A stretch of 62,186 nt of DNA from Candidatus Acidiferrum sp. (GCA_035541055.1 DATKNZ010000504.1:1-62186); one strand, 5' to 3'; counted from the first letter of the stretch, positions 18,770 through 28,883 are shown. Made by a program: numbers and translations. The notes: generated from the sequence alone by a model not told the origin.

Positions 18770-19270
18770 AAAAGAAAGGTCGGCGAGCTGGTAACAAAGC
18801 AGATGCACAATCGGGGCGAACACGCCCCATGAAGGCCAACACGCCTTCCTGCTCGGCCAGGATCTCCACAGGCCCCGGCTGCCGACCGCCAGGCGTCCGC
18901 GTGTGCAGACGTCTGTAAAAGTTCGTAAGAGGAGTTCATCCCGCGTTCACCTCGGCTTGGCTATCGGCGATTGGCTATTGGCTATGCCGCTCACCGGTGT
19001 CCCCATAAAGTGTGGGTTGCCCAATATGCTCGGCCGCCCGATGCCTTTGCCCCGCCATTCCCACATGTGCTCATGCAGGTTGACGACCGTCGCGGCGTCG
19101 GGCTGGGACTGTTGTCCGTTGCACACCAAACGCACTCCGCCGCGCGCCGCCAGTCCCAATTGTCGGGTGTGCAGCGGGCTTGCCGGGACGAATCTCCCGC
19201 CCGCCTTGGCTATTGGCGATTGGCGATTGGCTATGCCCGTGCAGACGTCTGCAAGTTCAACTCTCAACTC

Positions 19271-21706
19271 TCAACCTTCCTTGGGCTGGCGCTCCAGCAG
19301 CTCGATCAGGCTGTAGAGCGGCCCTTTGCGCGGGTCGGCCCACTCGTGCAGCCCCGTCTTCCAATTGCCGTCCTCCCGGCGCAGGCTGGCATCGAAGTCC
19401 TCGTCGGAGACCTCCAGCCGCCCCATCTCGTGCCGGTCCACGTCAATGCACCACGCCACCTCCTGCCCGCCGCTCTGGAACCGGACCTGGTGCGCGCTGC
19501 GCTTCCCGGGCGGTGGCACGAACCACGGCCGCCCCTTCATTTGCTCCTGCAAGTCCTTGCGCGACAGGTTCTCCGTGATCCCCAGCCGTCGCCTGTAAGC
19601 CATCACCACCTCCACCGATCCCTGCGCCTGGATGTAGAGCAACTTGCTGCGCCACGCGCAGAAGGCCGACTCCTGCCCCTTCTGCCGCTGATGCTCGCTA
19701 ACCGGCGGGCTTTTCAGATCCTCCGGTTTGTCCACCACCTTGAAGTACTCCTTCAGGCGGGAGATCGTGTCGCCGAAGCCCTCCTGCTTCACCGCGTTGA
19801 GCAGGTGCTCGAAATAGAGCGTCACGTAAAGCTGGTCGCGCACGTCTGCTTGCGCCCCCTCGACGTGACCCCGCACCGACTCCTTGAACTGCGCGAACTG
19901 TTCCGCCCCATGCGTTTCCAGCATCGAGGCCAGCGCCACAAATGCACTGTAGGCCGCGCCGTGCACGATCCGGCTCCGGTCATCGCAATTCGCCAGCTTT
20001 GGGTCTTTCGTCCAGAAGCCGATCTGGCCCATCACCAGCCGCGCAAATTCCTCCCGGTTCGCCAGGATGAACCGCCCCATCTTGTAGAGTTCCCGGTCCG
20101 CGAAAGTTTCCACCTCCCGGTAGCGGTCGTCGTTGAAGTTCAGCCGGTTGGCCGCCGCCACATGCACATGCACATAGCGGCTGCGCAACTGCGCGTCCGT
20201 CGAAGTGGCCACCCCCGAGATCATCAGCGGCGTGCGCACTTCCCGCGGCTGGTCGCCAAACGTGCGCTTGGGCGCGCCGCCGCGCTCGTAGGCCGCCTTG
20301 GCAATGTCCGTGACCCATACCTCCGCCCGCGCCTGGAATTCGTCCAGCCACAGCGGCAGGTCCCCATACTGCTGCATCGCCCCGCGCAACGCCGCGGCCG
20401 TCGCGCCCGGGATCGGCACGCCCTGCTTCACCAGAAAACCGTGAATCCGCACCAGCCAGCGGTTGATCGAGGTCTTGCCCTGCCCCGGTTCGCCCGACGT
20501 CCACAACCCCGGCACCCCCGTGTACCGGTCGAAGATTTCCCGCGCCACAAAGAAGGCCAGCACCGCGCCCAACGCCAGCCAGCCCGCATAACCCCCCACC
20601 GCGTCGTGAATGTCCTGCGCGAACTTCGCGAAGATCTCCTTGGCCGTATCGCGGCTCACTTCCACCACCGGGTGCATCAGCGGCCCGGGCACTCCCGGCC
20701 GAGGCCCCATCCGAAAGAACTCTCCCTCCTGGTCCTTGTCGCCCGGCAGGTAGCCTTTGCCGTTGTGCCAGTAGATCCCGTTCTTATCCTGGTAGAGCGC
20801 CTTGCCGTTCAGCAGCGCCCCATCCGCGTAAAACCAGATGCCCGAGGGATAATGCTGGCCTCGCAGCGGCACCTCGTAAACCGTCCTGTCGTTCACCGCC
20901 TGCCCAATGTCCATCCCCAGCCGGTTCAACTCCCGCTCGCCCGCCTCCCAGTTGGCGCAGTTCGAATTGTTGTTGAGCCAGATCCGCATCGCCTTGGGCG
21001 TGGCCAACTCCTCCGCGGGCCAGTGTAGCAATTCGGTGACCTCGCCATGCACGTTGCGTATCCGCACGATCCGCTCGCGGGTGCCATTCACCCGCACCAA
21101 CACATACAGCGGCTCCACCACGAAATCCGTAATCGGTTCCGGCGTGCCCTTGAGCACCACCTCGCACGCCCGCCACAGTTCCACGTCATCTGCCGCCGAC
21201 GCCTCCTTCTGCGCTTTCTCCCACTCCGGCCGCTTCCCTTCCGGCAGCGGCCGGAAATTGTAATAACGCCCGGTCAACTCGCGGTACCGGCCCGACAGCA
21301 TCCGCAAGCGGCCCCGCGCCGTCAGCGGCAGGCGCGAGGAGCCGTTGCTCCCCAGCTTGCTGGCCAGCCGCCCCAATCGCATCGCAATGCGCGCTTCGTC
21401 AGCGCCGCCGCTCGGCAGCCGGGGCACATAGAGCATCTGCTTGAGGCGCCGCGCAAACATCGCCTCCACTTCCCGCGGCTGCCGCCCCGACCGCGCCCAG
21501 TCGCTCGACGGCATGGCCGCGTGGATCACCTCCTCAAACTGCTTCTGGATCTCGCCCTTGATCTTGTTCCAGCCTTCCCGGTCGCGGACGACCCGCTCGG
21601 CCCACTCCGCATCGCTCAACTCGGTCGGGTTCGTCGGGTTGACTCTGGGAAATTTCGCGTTGGCCGCCTTGAGCTTCTCGGGGTCCGGCCCCCAGCTCAT
21701 GCTCAT
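19271..21706 (-). CDS. Phage replicative helicase-like P-loop ATPase (primase-associated, DUF927/Cch-like)
   Basis: Walker A GEPGQGKT, Walker B LWLDE, arginine finger LRSR; ATGA overlap with the primase gene. Confidence 0.75.
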   Translation of the reverse strand: MSMSWGPDPEKLKAANAKFPRVNPTNPTELSDAEWAERVVRDREGWNKIKGEIQKQFEEVIHAAMPSSDWARSGRQPREVEAMFARRLKQMLYVPRLPSGGADEARIAMRLGRLASKLGSNGSSRLPLTARGRLRMLSGRYRELTGRYYNFRPLPEGKRPEWEKAQKEASAADDVELWRACEVVLKGTPEPITDFVVEPLYVLVRVNGTRERIVRIRNVHGEVTELLHWPAEELATPKAMRIWLNNNSNCANWEAGERELNRLGMDIGQAVNDRTVYEVPLRGQHYPSGIWFYADGALLNGKALYQDKNGIYWHNGKGYLPGDKDQEGEFFRMGPRPGVPGPLMHPVVEVSRDTAKEIFAKFAQDIHDAVGGYAGWLALGAVLAFFVAREIFDRYTGVPGLWTSGEPGQGKTSINRWLVRIHGFLVKQGVPIPGATAAALRGAMQQYGDLPLWLDEFQARAEVWVTDIAKAAYERGGAPKRTFGDQPREVRTPLMISGVATSTDAQLRSRYVHVHVAAANRLNFNDDRYREVETFADRELYKMGRFILANREEFARLVMGQIGFWTKDPKLANCDDRSRIVHGAAYSAFVALASMLETHGAEQFAQFKESVRGHVEGAQADVRDQLYVTLYFEHLLNAVKQEGFGDTISRLKEYFKVVDKPEDLKSPPVSEHQRQKGQESAFCAWRSKLLYIQAQGSVEVVMAYRRRLGITENLSRKDLQEQMKGRPWFVPPPGKRSAHQVRFQSGGQEVAWCIDVDRHEMGRLEVSDEDFDASLRREDGNWKTGLHEWADPRKGPLYSLIELLERQPKEG

Positions 21707-23412
21707 ACGCGTGCCAATTTCTCAACCAGCAGTGCCAGCGACCCGTCCCAATCCGCCTTGCCGTTGCCATCGCGCCAGCCGTCCGGCAAAAAGCCCACCC
21801 GCGCCGGAAAACCCTCCACCGCCAGCCGTTGCTCCAGGTATCGCGCCCATAGCTCGGTGTCGTGCCGCTTCCACCATTCTGCCTTGTAGCCCGGCCGCCC
21901 CTCCGTCCCCTTGTCCTCGTTGTCGAACACCACGGCCACCGGGCGCCCCGGCGGCAACTGCTCGAGCAGCCAGTCCGCGATCTGCGGCCAGAGCAGCTTG
22001 CTCATCGAGATCCCGGGCAGCGCCGACGCCATCGCCCGCGGCAAAGCCTGCCACAGCGCCATCCCCTTGAATTCTCCCTCGGTAATCACCGCGTAGGCGA
22101 TCTCCTCCCGCTCCAGCCGCGACCCCAGACGGCGCGGCACATATAGCCGTGGGGCCTGGCCTGCCTGCGTCCATTTGTGCGTCCGCAGGTCCATCACCTG
22201 ACCCTCCCGGTTCAGGTAAGGAATCAGGATCGGGTGCGTCCAGTCAAACTCCACCACCTCCTCTCCCCGCTCGTTCTTCCGCTTGCCGGCCGGGCCGAGC
22301 CCGCAGTAAAAACGGTTCGGCCTCGGCTCGTCGCTCGCGTGGCCGCCCCGCACCCACAAATGCGACTCCAATAGCGCGTTCATCGGAAACAGGTCGGCCA
22401 TCGCCAGCAGCAGCTTCTCATTGCTGCGCAGCGAGGAGCGCAGCCCCAGCTCCGCCGCCGCTTCCGGCAGTATGCCCCGCTTCCGCCACAGCCGGTCGCA
22501 GTCCGCCGCCGCCAGCGACAGCCCCTCGTAAAACCACCGGATCGCCGTCACCGTCATCGGCACTTTTTCCCCGTCCTGCGCCTTCTCCTCCTCTGCAGAC
22601 GTCTGCACGGCGTCTAACTCGGCTATCGGCGCGTTGGCTATCGGCGATTGGCTATTGGCTATGCCTCCCGTTGGATGTTGGATGTTCCCATCCATCTCCG
22701 CCGATGCCGCCGCGTCCTGGGCCTTTGGCTCGGCGCTGGTCGGCATCGGCGTCCCCGCGGCCTCAGCCGCCGGGAAAAGGGTCGCTTCGCCCGAGGGTGG
22801 CGTGGGCACGCCAGCAGGGGCGGCGGGCGAAGCGATGACCCCGTCCGCAACAGGCGGGGGGTCGGGAACTGCCGCCCCACCATCGGACCCGGCGGGAGCA
22901 GCCTGAGCTCTCAAAGAGCCGTCACCCGTTTGATCAGCGGGTGTCGGCCCGGGGCCGGGTTCAGACGGCGGCGCTGGGGGGCTGGAGTCAATCTCCGGGC
23001 CTTCCCGCGCCTCGGGCGGCAAATCTTGGGGTAAATCGTCCTCCTCCTCGGGCAGGTACTCGCTCCGCTTGGTCGAGCCGCGGCGCGCCGGCGCTTCCCA
23101 TATCACGCCCGCCTCCTTCAACCAGACCTTGAACGCCTCACGCCGGCTCAGGTTCAACTCGTAAGCCAGGAACCCCACCTCGTCCCACGCCTGTTTCGCC
23201 CCCGCCGTGCCGGATGGGCAGCTCGTATGGTGGCATTTGAACCATTGCCGCCCCCCTTTCTCCCGCAGGGCCGCGCCGTCCTTCGAGCAATACGGGCACT
23301 TGGGGAACTTCTTCCAGTTCCCGTTGGCGGGACCGCGCCCTCGCTGCTCCATCAACACCTGGAGCGGCAGCTTCTGGCGCGCCTGGGCTGCCTTGCCGGC
23401 CGGGTCGCTCAT
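21703..23412 (-). CDS. DNA primase (N-terminal Zn finger + TOPRIM/DUF3854-like)
   Basis: CPYC...KCHHTSC zinc finger; ITEGEFKG, ALPGI, VVFDNED and KADWD TOPRIM motifs. Confidence 0.8.
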   Translation of the reverse strand: MSDPAGKAAQARQKLPLQVLMEQRGRGPANGNWKKFPKCPYCSKDGAALREKGGRQWFKCHHTSCPSGTAGAKQAWDEVGFLAYELNLSRREAFKVWLKEAGVIWEAPARRGSTKRSEYLPEEEDDLPQDLPPEAREGPEIDSSPPAPPSEPGPGPTPADQTGDGSLRAQAAPAGSDGGAAVPDPPPVADGVIASPAAPAGVPTPPSGEATLFPAAEAAGTPMPTSAEPKAQDAAASAEMDGNIQHPTGGIANSQSPIANAPIAELDAVQTSAEEEKAQDGEKVPMTVTAIRWFYEGLSLAAADCDRLWRKRGILPEAAAELGLRSSLRSNEKLLLAMADLFPMNALLESHLWVRGGHASDEPRPNRFYCGLGPAGKRKNERGEEVVEFDWTHPILIPYLNREGQVMDLRTHKWTQAGQAPRLYVPRRLGSRLEREEIAYAVITEGEFKGMALWQALPRAMASALPGISMSKLLWPQIADWLLEQLPPGRPVAVVFDNEDKGTEGRPGYKAEWWKRHDTELWARYLEQRLAVEGFPARVGFLPDGWRDGNGKADWDGSLALLVEKLARV

Positions 23413-23607
23413 GTTTCGCTGGTGCGCAACGCTGGTTGCGAGCGGGTTGTCGCGTGCACATGCGACAACTACATGACTTTCGCTTTCGCTGGCAATAACA
23501 AAATGAAAAATTCTGCAAAAACCCTTTGCCAGCCTCGGCTTCCAGGTGTATAAACCTTGGCAAATGAGCAACTAACAACGCTCAGTGGATAAGAAGCACC
23601 CAACGCT

Positions 23608-24009
23608 ATGCAAAACATGCACAACTTCTCGCGGACGCTGGCGGAATACTTCGCCGGCAACCCCGAGCTGCAACAAAACGAGTTCGCCGACAAGGCCCGC
23701 ATCCAGCGGTCCAAGGTCTGCCGCCTGCTGCAGAACAAGATCAGTTGCGACCGCGAGTCCCTCGACCACATTCTCGGCGCTGTCCCCGACCCCAAGGCCC
23801 GGCAAAAGCTGGTCAAGGCCTTCATTGAGGACATGTGCTCCCCTGGCGCCCTGCTCCACCTCAAGTCCAACCCCCACGGCCTGTGGGACGGCTTCGATTT
23901 CTCGCCGCTGAGCCCCAAAGGCGCCGCCGCGCTCAAGAAGATCCTCACCGGCCCCGGCGCCAGGAGCTTCGAGAAGATCATCATCGCCATGTCGGAGGCG
24001 CTGCCCTAG
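23608..24009 (+). CDS. XRE-family HTH regulator (repressor candidate)
   Basis: LQQNEFADKARIQRSKVCRLLQNK HTH; divergent from the primase operon. Confidence 0.7.
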   Translation: MQNMHNFSRTLAEYFAGNPELQQNEFADKARIQRSKVCRLLQNKISCDRESLDHILGAVPDPKARQKLVKAFIEDMCSPGALLHLKSNPHGLWDGFDFSPLSPKGAAALKKILTGPGARSFEKIIIAMSEALP

Positions 24010-24082
24010 CCCCACACCCCCGCCCTGCGATCTCCAGGCGGTTCTGGCGGCCAACTCGCTGGAGCCGCCTGTTCTGTGTACC

Positions 24083-24445
24083 GTGTATGGGCATTAATTG
24101 CCGTGTATCACGGCTAATACCCGGCGCAAACCTCGCAAGGCCAGTCGCTTACGCCGCGAAATCGCCGCCCGTGTACGCGTGTATGCCAAAAACGCACCTC
24201 TATAGGTTTTAGGGTAAGACTTTCCCGGGTATCTCGATCTAGCCACCCTGTACGGAACGCGACAACTCCGCGCGCGCGCACGCGAGAGGGTATGTATTCC
24301 CATACACAGATACACAGAAGGGTTGGACGCACTATCTATCTATCTATCTATTCTCTTAAGTACAAGATAGATAGATAGATAGATAGAGAGGGCAGGCTGT
24401 GTATGGCCTGTGTATGGCCCGTGTATGCCTGTGTATCGCATACAC
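24083..24445. repeat. GTGTAT iteron array flanking a 20-bp (CTAT)5/(ATAG)5 inverted repeat; candidate origin or genome terminus
   Basis: GTGTAT/ATACAC at 24083, 24103, 24179, 24302, 24310, 24399, 24410, 24421, 24431 and 24440; IR arms at 24332-24351 and 24367-24386. Confidence 0.75.
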
Positions 24446-24799
24446 GGCCCCGTGCCCCCGCCTTTCGCCGCCCCCGATCCACCCCGGCTGCCCAGGAGGA
24501 GCTGGCCAGCGGGCCTCCGAGCGTGGACCCGTTCACCACCTCACCCCCTCTCGATTATTCCGGCAATTTTTTTCACAAAATTCATGCCCCCAAGGGAGCT
24601 TATGCCGTCATCTGCGGTTGCCCTGATTTCCCTAAGCTTTCCCTGCGCTTGCCCCGGACCATGAAACCGCAAACAAGCGCGCCTTTGCCCCCTGTGCAAT
24701 CGGTAGGGCAAACCGGATTATAGGCGCGCAATCGGGGCAACGTTGACGCTGGCAACATGCCAGCAACGGGCGAATGCCAAGCCCCGGGCGCAATTAAGT

Positions 24800-25732
24800 A
24801 TGACGACACAAGCAAGCACAAAAGCAGGGCGCAAGCCGACAAGCAAGCGCAGAGCACAGGCAAGGGCAATCTTCACGCCAGCCCGGCATGTTTTGGTTGC
24901 CCTTGACGACACATTGCCAGCCTTTCAAGTGGAACATGATTCCAGCCCGGGGCAAGGGGCAGGACAAGTCAATGTTTCCATTGACGCACTAGACAATGTC
25001 CCATTGAGGGATGCACTAGTCACAGGCTACATTCCGGCGGGGCCACTGCTCCAAGCCGCGCAAGCGCAACTAGACTTGGCAAGGGCAAAGCGGCAAGCCA
25101 AAAGGCTAGTGGCCAGCATGACGCGCAACGGGGCGCAAGTGGGCAATGCTGTCGAACCGGACGCGATAGGCGACGCGTGCAACGCCCTGCAAACATGGCG
25201 CAATCTGATTGGCCCGAAGCAACTCGAAAGCCCCGGGCTGATTAGCTGGCGTGCATGTGTCGAAAGCGTTGCCAAGCGTGACCTATACGGCGAGTCAATA
25301 TCATTATGGGAAGCCCCTTGGAGTCACCTTGACGCGCAAGGCTACTGCGATTCCGGCGCATGGGATAGCCTGACAGGTTCAGCCCTGCCCTTGCCACAAC
25401 TCACGGGCGATGCATCCCGGGCTGACAGGGCAAGCCGCTTGCTCTATGAGCGTGCACGGGCCAAAAGGCCAGCCCTTTTGGCAAGGCGAATCGACGCGCT
25501 AAAGCAAGGCCAAAATGGGCGCAGATTGGAAGCCATAGACAGGCTGCACCGGGCGTGCATTTTGATGCTTCACGGCCAAAGCCTTGACGGGGCTGCGCAA
25601 GCCGTAGGTTACCACGCATCGGGGCAAGGGCGTCATGCGGTCAAGGCTGGCGACGTACTGCTAAAGGCTGCGCGGCGCATCGGCTTACGCGTCGCGTTCA
25701 CGCAACGGGATATAGACAGGCTGGCCAGCTAA
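24800..25732 (+). CDS. Phage protein with sigma-factor-like / C-terminal HTH features
   Basis: DAIGDACNAL (region-2-like) and LMLHGQSLDGAAQAVGY (region-4 HTH-like); atypical codon use. Confidence 0.5.
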   Translation: MTTQASTKAGRKPTSKRRAQARAIFTPARHVLVALDDTLPAFQVEHDSSPGQGAGQVNVSIDALDNVPLRDALVTGYIPAGPLLQAAQAQLDLARAKRQAKRLVASMTRNGAQVGNAVEPDAIGDACNALQTWRNLIGPKQLESPGLISWRACVESVAKRDLYGESISLWEAPWSHLDAQGYCDSGAWDSLTGSALPLPQLTGDASRADRASRLLYERARAKRPALLARRIDALKQGQNGRRLEAIDRLHRACILMLHGQSLDGAAQAVGYHASGQGRHAVKAGDVLLKAARRIGLRVAFTQRDIDRLAS

Positions 25733-25851
25733 TCAGACGCCACGCAACGCCAGCCCCGCAGGGCCATTGCAAGCCCTGCGGGGCTTTGCTTTGCCCCGGG
25801 CAGGGCAAGGAGCCGGGCCAGCCGGGCAGGGCCAGCCGGGCCAGCCCTGCC

Positions 25852-26125
25852 CCCATTGGTTAGGCGTTCGCTCTTTAGTGTGGGGCTGCCCCTTGCGGGG
25901 CTGCCCTGCCCGGCTGGCCCTGCGGGGCTGGCAAGGGCTGGCCCTGCGGGGCTTGCCCGGGGCTGCCCTTGCCGGGCTGCCCTGCCCGCCAGCGCCAGGT
26001 GCTACGTCCTTTTTGGGCGTGGCACCTGGCCTGTGCAGGCGTCTGCAAGGCGGAACGGGTGATCCAGGTTTTCCGCCGGGGTAAACGCCCATTGGTTAGG
26101 CGTTTGCTCTGTAGTGTGGGGCTGC
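25852..26125 (+). repeat. 38-bp direct repeat (25852-25889 / 26088-26125), promoter-like
   Basis: CCCATTGGTTAGGCGTTYGCTCTKTAGTGTGGGGCTGC with 2 mismatches; contains a TAGTGT -10-like hexamer. Confidence 0.8.
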
Positions 26126-26424
26126 GATGCCCCGGGGCAGAGCGTAAGGCTCAGCCGAAGTTGAAACGGTGAAATACCGTTTCCCTCGGCTCAGCCTTGC
26201 GCTCCGATTCGGAATGATCCGCTGAATGCGGTTCGGAAAACGGCCATCGTTTGGCCGCTCCGGCCGCCAGCGCCGCTCCGAATCGGAGCAAGGGAGTTCA
26301 GTTTCGTGGTTGTTTCCCACGTAAACGCTTTCCTCGCGAGCGCGGCTTGTTGCTGCGGCGCGGGGAAACCGGGCGCTAACACTAAAGACCGCTGCCCGGT
26401 TTAACGCGAACCAAAGGAAACACT

Positions 26425-27381
26425 ATGGCAACCAAAGCCAATAAGGGCGCGAAAGCGCCGACCACTCCGATCCCTTCTCCAACGCCGGCCACGGAAAAGC
26501 CGAAGGCCGAAACGCCCAAGGTGGAAACGCCCAAGGCGGAGGCGAAGGGTGAGAAACTGACGTACGCGGCACTCGTCGCGATGAAGATCGCCGACCTGTG
26601 CGTCCACCTGAAACACATCGTGAAGGTGGACACGGCCCTGGCGAAAGCCAAGGAAACGTTCGAGGGCTCACTCCAGTTCAGCGCCAAGGTCGTGGCCGCT
26701 TTGCGGCGGACCTACACCGAAAGGCTGAACGCGCGGGACATCCCGCCGGATACCAAATTCCCGGAGTACTTCGAGCAGAACGCGGGGGGCAAGCTCCCCG
26801 GTCGCGTCCAAGCACTGGCCAGCCTGTTCAACATGCTGTGCGAAACGCTCGGCGCGGACGGCAAACCGCTGCTCTCCGAGGAATGCTTCGACAACGCCGC
26901 TGTGGATTGGTTGGAGAAATCCAACGCCATCATCAAAACGGCGCAAGAAGCCTGCAAAAAGAACGGGACCGACTGGAAAACCTGCCAGGACGTTACCGAT
27001 GTGCTCGGCGCGTTGTCCAAACCGGGCGACGCTCTGAAAGCCATCAAGTCCGTTCGCGGACGCCAGAAGGGCGAAAAGCCGAAAACCGCCGACAGCGAAA
27101 CGGCTGTTCAGCCCCTCACCATCGGAACCGCGCTCGCCTTTCTCAAGAGCGCGATCAAGAACGGCGCCAACATGGTCGCCGCCGGGCAGAAGGACGCAGT
27201 GTTCGACCTCTTTGTGGAAACGTTGACGCTGCACACCCAATGGGAGCATTCCGGCATCCCTACGGAAACGCTCAACCAGTGGGCCGAGCAGATGGCGCGC
27301 AACGCTGCGCGTGGCCTCGCGCCCCACATCGAAACGCCCGCCCCCGCGGAAACGCCCGCCCCCGCCGCACTCGCGGCCTAG
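26425..27381 (+). CDS. Early phage protein, K/A/P-rich termini, hypothetical
   Basis: AAGGA RBS, 318 aa, followed by a strong terminator. Confidence 0.8.
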   Translation: MATKANKGAKAPTTPIPSPTPATEKPKAETPKVETPKAEAKGEKLTYAALVAMKIADLCVHLKHIVKVDTALAKAKETFEGSLQFSAKVVAALRRTYTERLNARDIPPDTKFPEYFEQNAGGKLPGRVQALASLFNMLCETLGADGKPLLSEECFDNAAVDWLEKSNAIIKTAQEACKKNGTDWKTCQDVTDVLGALSKPGDALKAIKSVRGRQKGEKPKTADSETAVQPLTIGTALAFLKSAIKNGANMVAAGQKDAVFDLFVETLTLHTQWEHSGIPTETLNQWAEQMARNAARGLAPHIETPAPAETPAPAALAA

Positions 27382-27395
27382 TCCGAGAAGCCCCC

Positions 27396-27431
27396 GAGGG
27401 CCGAACCGAAAGGTTCGGCCCTCTTTTTTTT
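27396..27431 (+). terminator. Rho-independent terminator
   Basis: GAGGGCCGAACC-GAAA-GGTTCGGCCCTC-T8. Confidence 0.9.
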
Positions 27432-27940
27432 GGCCTCCAGGGCGAACGGTGTTTCCTGAAAACGGGCCACGGCGGTCGCGGCTCTCGCGCCGCCGTGGCC
27501 TGAACCGGCCTGAAACGTTTTCGCCCGGTTTCCGGAGGACCCGCAGAAACGGTTTCCGCCCGGTTCCGGAGGACCCATTCAAGCGAACAGCGTGCAGACG
27601 TCTGCACCCCTCGAATTCACTCGCCGGTAAACGCCGGCGCGTGACTTCGAGGCCGCCCCATAGCCCGGCCTACGGGCTAAACGGGTGCCGGCGCCGCGCT
27701 CCCGTCACTCCGATTCGGAGTGAAAGCGCCCCGCTGAATCAATTTCGAGGTTGCCCAAACTCCCCGCCACCAGCCGCGACCGTGCGGCGCGGGGCAGTGC
27801 TGGTAGGCCGGACACCCGGCCCCTGGCAGTCGCCGGCACGGTCGCCGGTTCTCCTGGGCAACCGGGCCAGTCCAGCCATCGCGAGCTGGTGCCGCCCACC
27901 TCGGGACGGGCCTGCCCTTGCTGGCCTGTCCCGCCCCTTT

Positions 27941-28132
27941 ATGACCACCAACCAAATCAGAACGGCGCAACGCTGCGCCAGTAATTGGAACCAGGCCGAG
28001 CAATGGAAACGCTCGCAGCAGCCCGACCGCTCACGGCGCGATCCGCGCCCCTTCAATACGGTCGAGCAGTTGCTGGCCGACAGAATGCCCACCGCCCGCG
28101 TCCGGGTCATGGGCCTGCCGGTTAGCGCCTGA
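27941..28132 (+). CDS. Small phage hypothetical protein
   Basis: MTTNQIRTAQ... after a CCCCTTT leader shared with the gene at 28408. Confidence 0.5.
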   Translation: MTTNQIRTAQRCASNWNQAEQWKRSQQPDRSRRDPRPFNTVEQLLADRMPTARVRVMGLPVSA

Positions 28133-28407
28133 CCATCCCTCACCCACGCCTCGACCCTCGGGGCGTGGGCCAATTTCTCGCTCTGCGCGTCATACGCATA
28201 AGAGCCAACACCGCGCCATGCGCCCCGGGGGCCTGGTGCGGAACCGCGGCCCAATCGCGAGCCGAGTTCTCAACTCATCGCCCACAGGCCACAGGCGTCC
28301 CTGCACGTGGACAAACAGCCGCTGGGGTGGCACCCCAGGCCCACAACCATACCCTGCCCTGAAGGCCAACCGGACTCACAGTGCTCGCAGCAGAGCGAGA
28401 CCCCTTT

Positions 28408-28599
28408 ATGCACCAACGACACCGTCTCAACCTCGTCGAAATGGCCCACTCCGGCTTCTACTTTTGCGAGACCTGCGAGCGGGTCACTGAACCAGCCAAC
28501 CAGGGCGAACCACACCAACGCTGCGGCCATCGGGACTGCCGAAGCCACCGCGTAGTGTGGCGGCCTCCCGTCCTCACCGAAACTGCAACAACGCCATGA
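28408..28599 (+). CDS. Small Zn-ribbon protein
   Basis: FCETC...RCGHRDC. Confidence 0.55.
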   Translation: MHQRHRLNLVEMAHSGFYFCETCERVTEPANQGEPHQRCGHRDCRSHRVVWRPPVLTETATTP

Positions 28600-28868
28600 A
28601 CAACTGTCCCCATTGCCTGGGCGCGGGCTGCGTCCATTGCCGCGAAGCGGCACAGGACGCCCGCCGCCGCGTCGAACGCTCCGTCCTCACGGACGCCGAC
28701 CGCCGGGTCCTTGCACTCATCCCGCGCCGCGGCCTGCGCTTCGACGTGCCCGGCGAGCCGCCGCCTCCGCGCAAGCACACCTTTGGCCTGCCCGTCCTGC
28801 CGTTCTCGGCTCTCAAGATCCTGGGGCAAGGTCCGGCTGGCGTCACCATCCGCCGCCCCACTCGTTAA
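28596..28868 (+). CDS. Small Cys-rich phage protein
   Basis: CPHCLGAGCVHC; ATGA overlap with the previous gene. Confidence 0.55.
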   Translation: MNNCPHCLGAGCVHCREAAQDARRRVERSVLTDADRRVLALIPRRGLRFDVPGEPPPPRKHTFGLPVLPFSALKILGQGPAGVTIRRPTR

Positions 28869-28883
28869 AACCGTGCAAATCTG

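Noticed and set aside
18971..21028. Long antisense ORFs (e.g. 685 aa here, 6620-7978, 51482-53155)
   Set aside because: Shadow frames of GC-rich genes that have clear motifs on the opposite strand.
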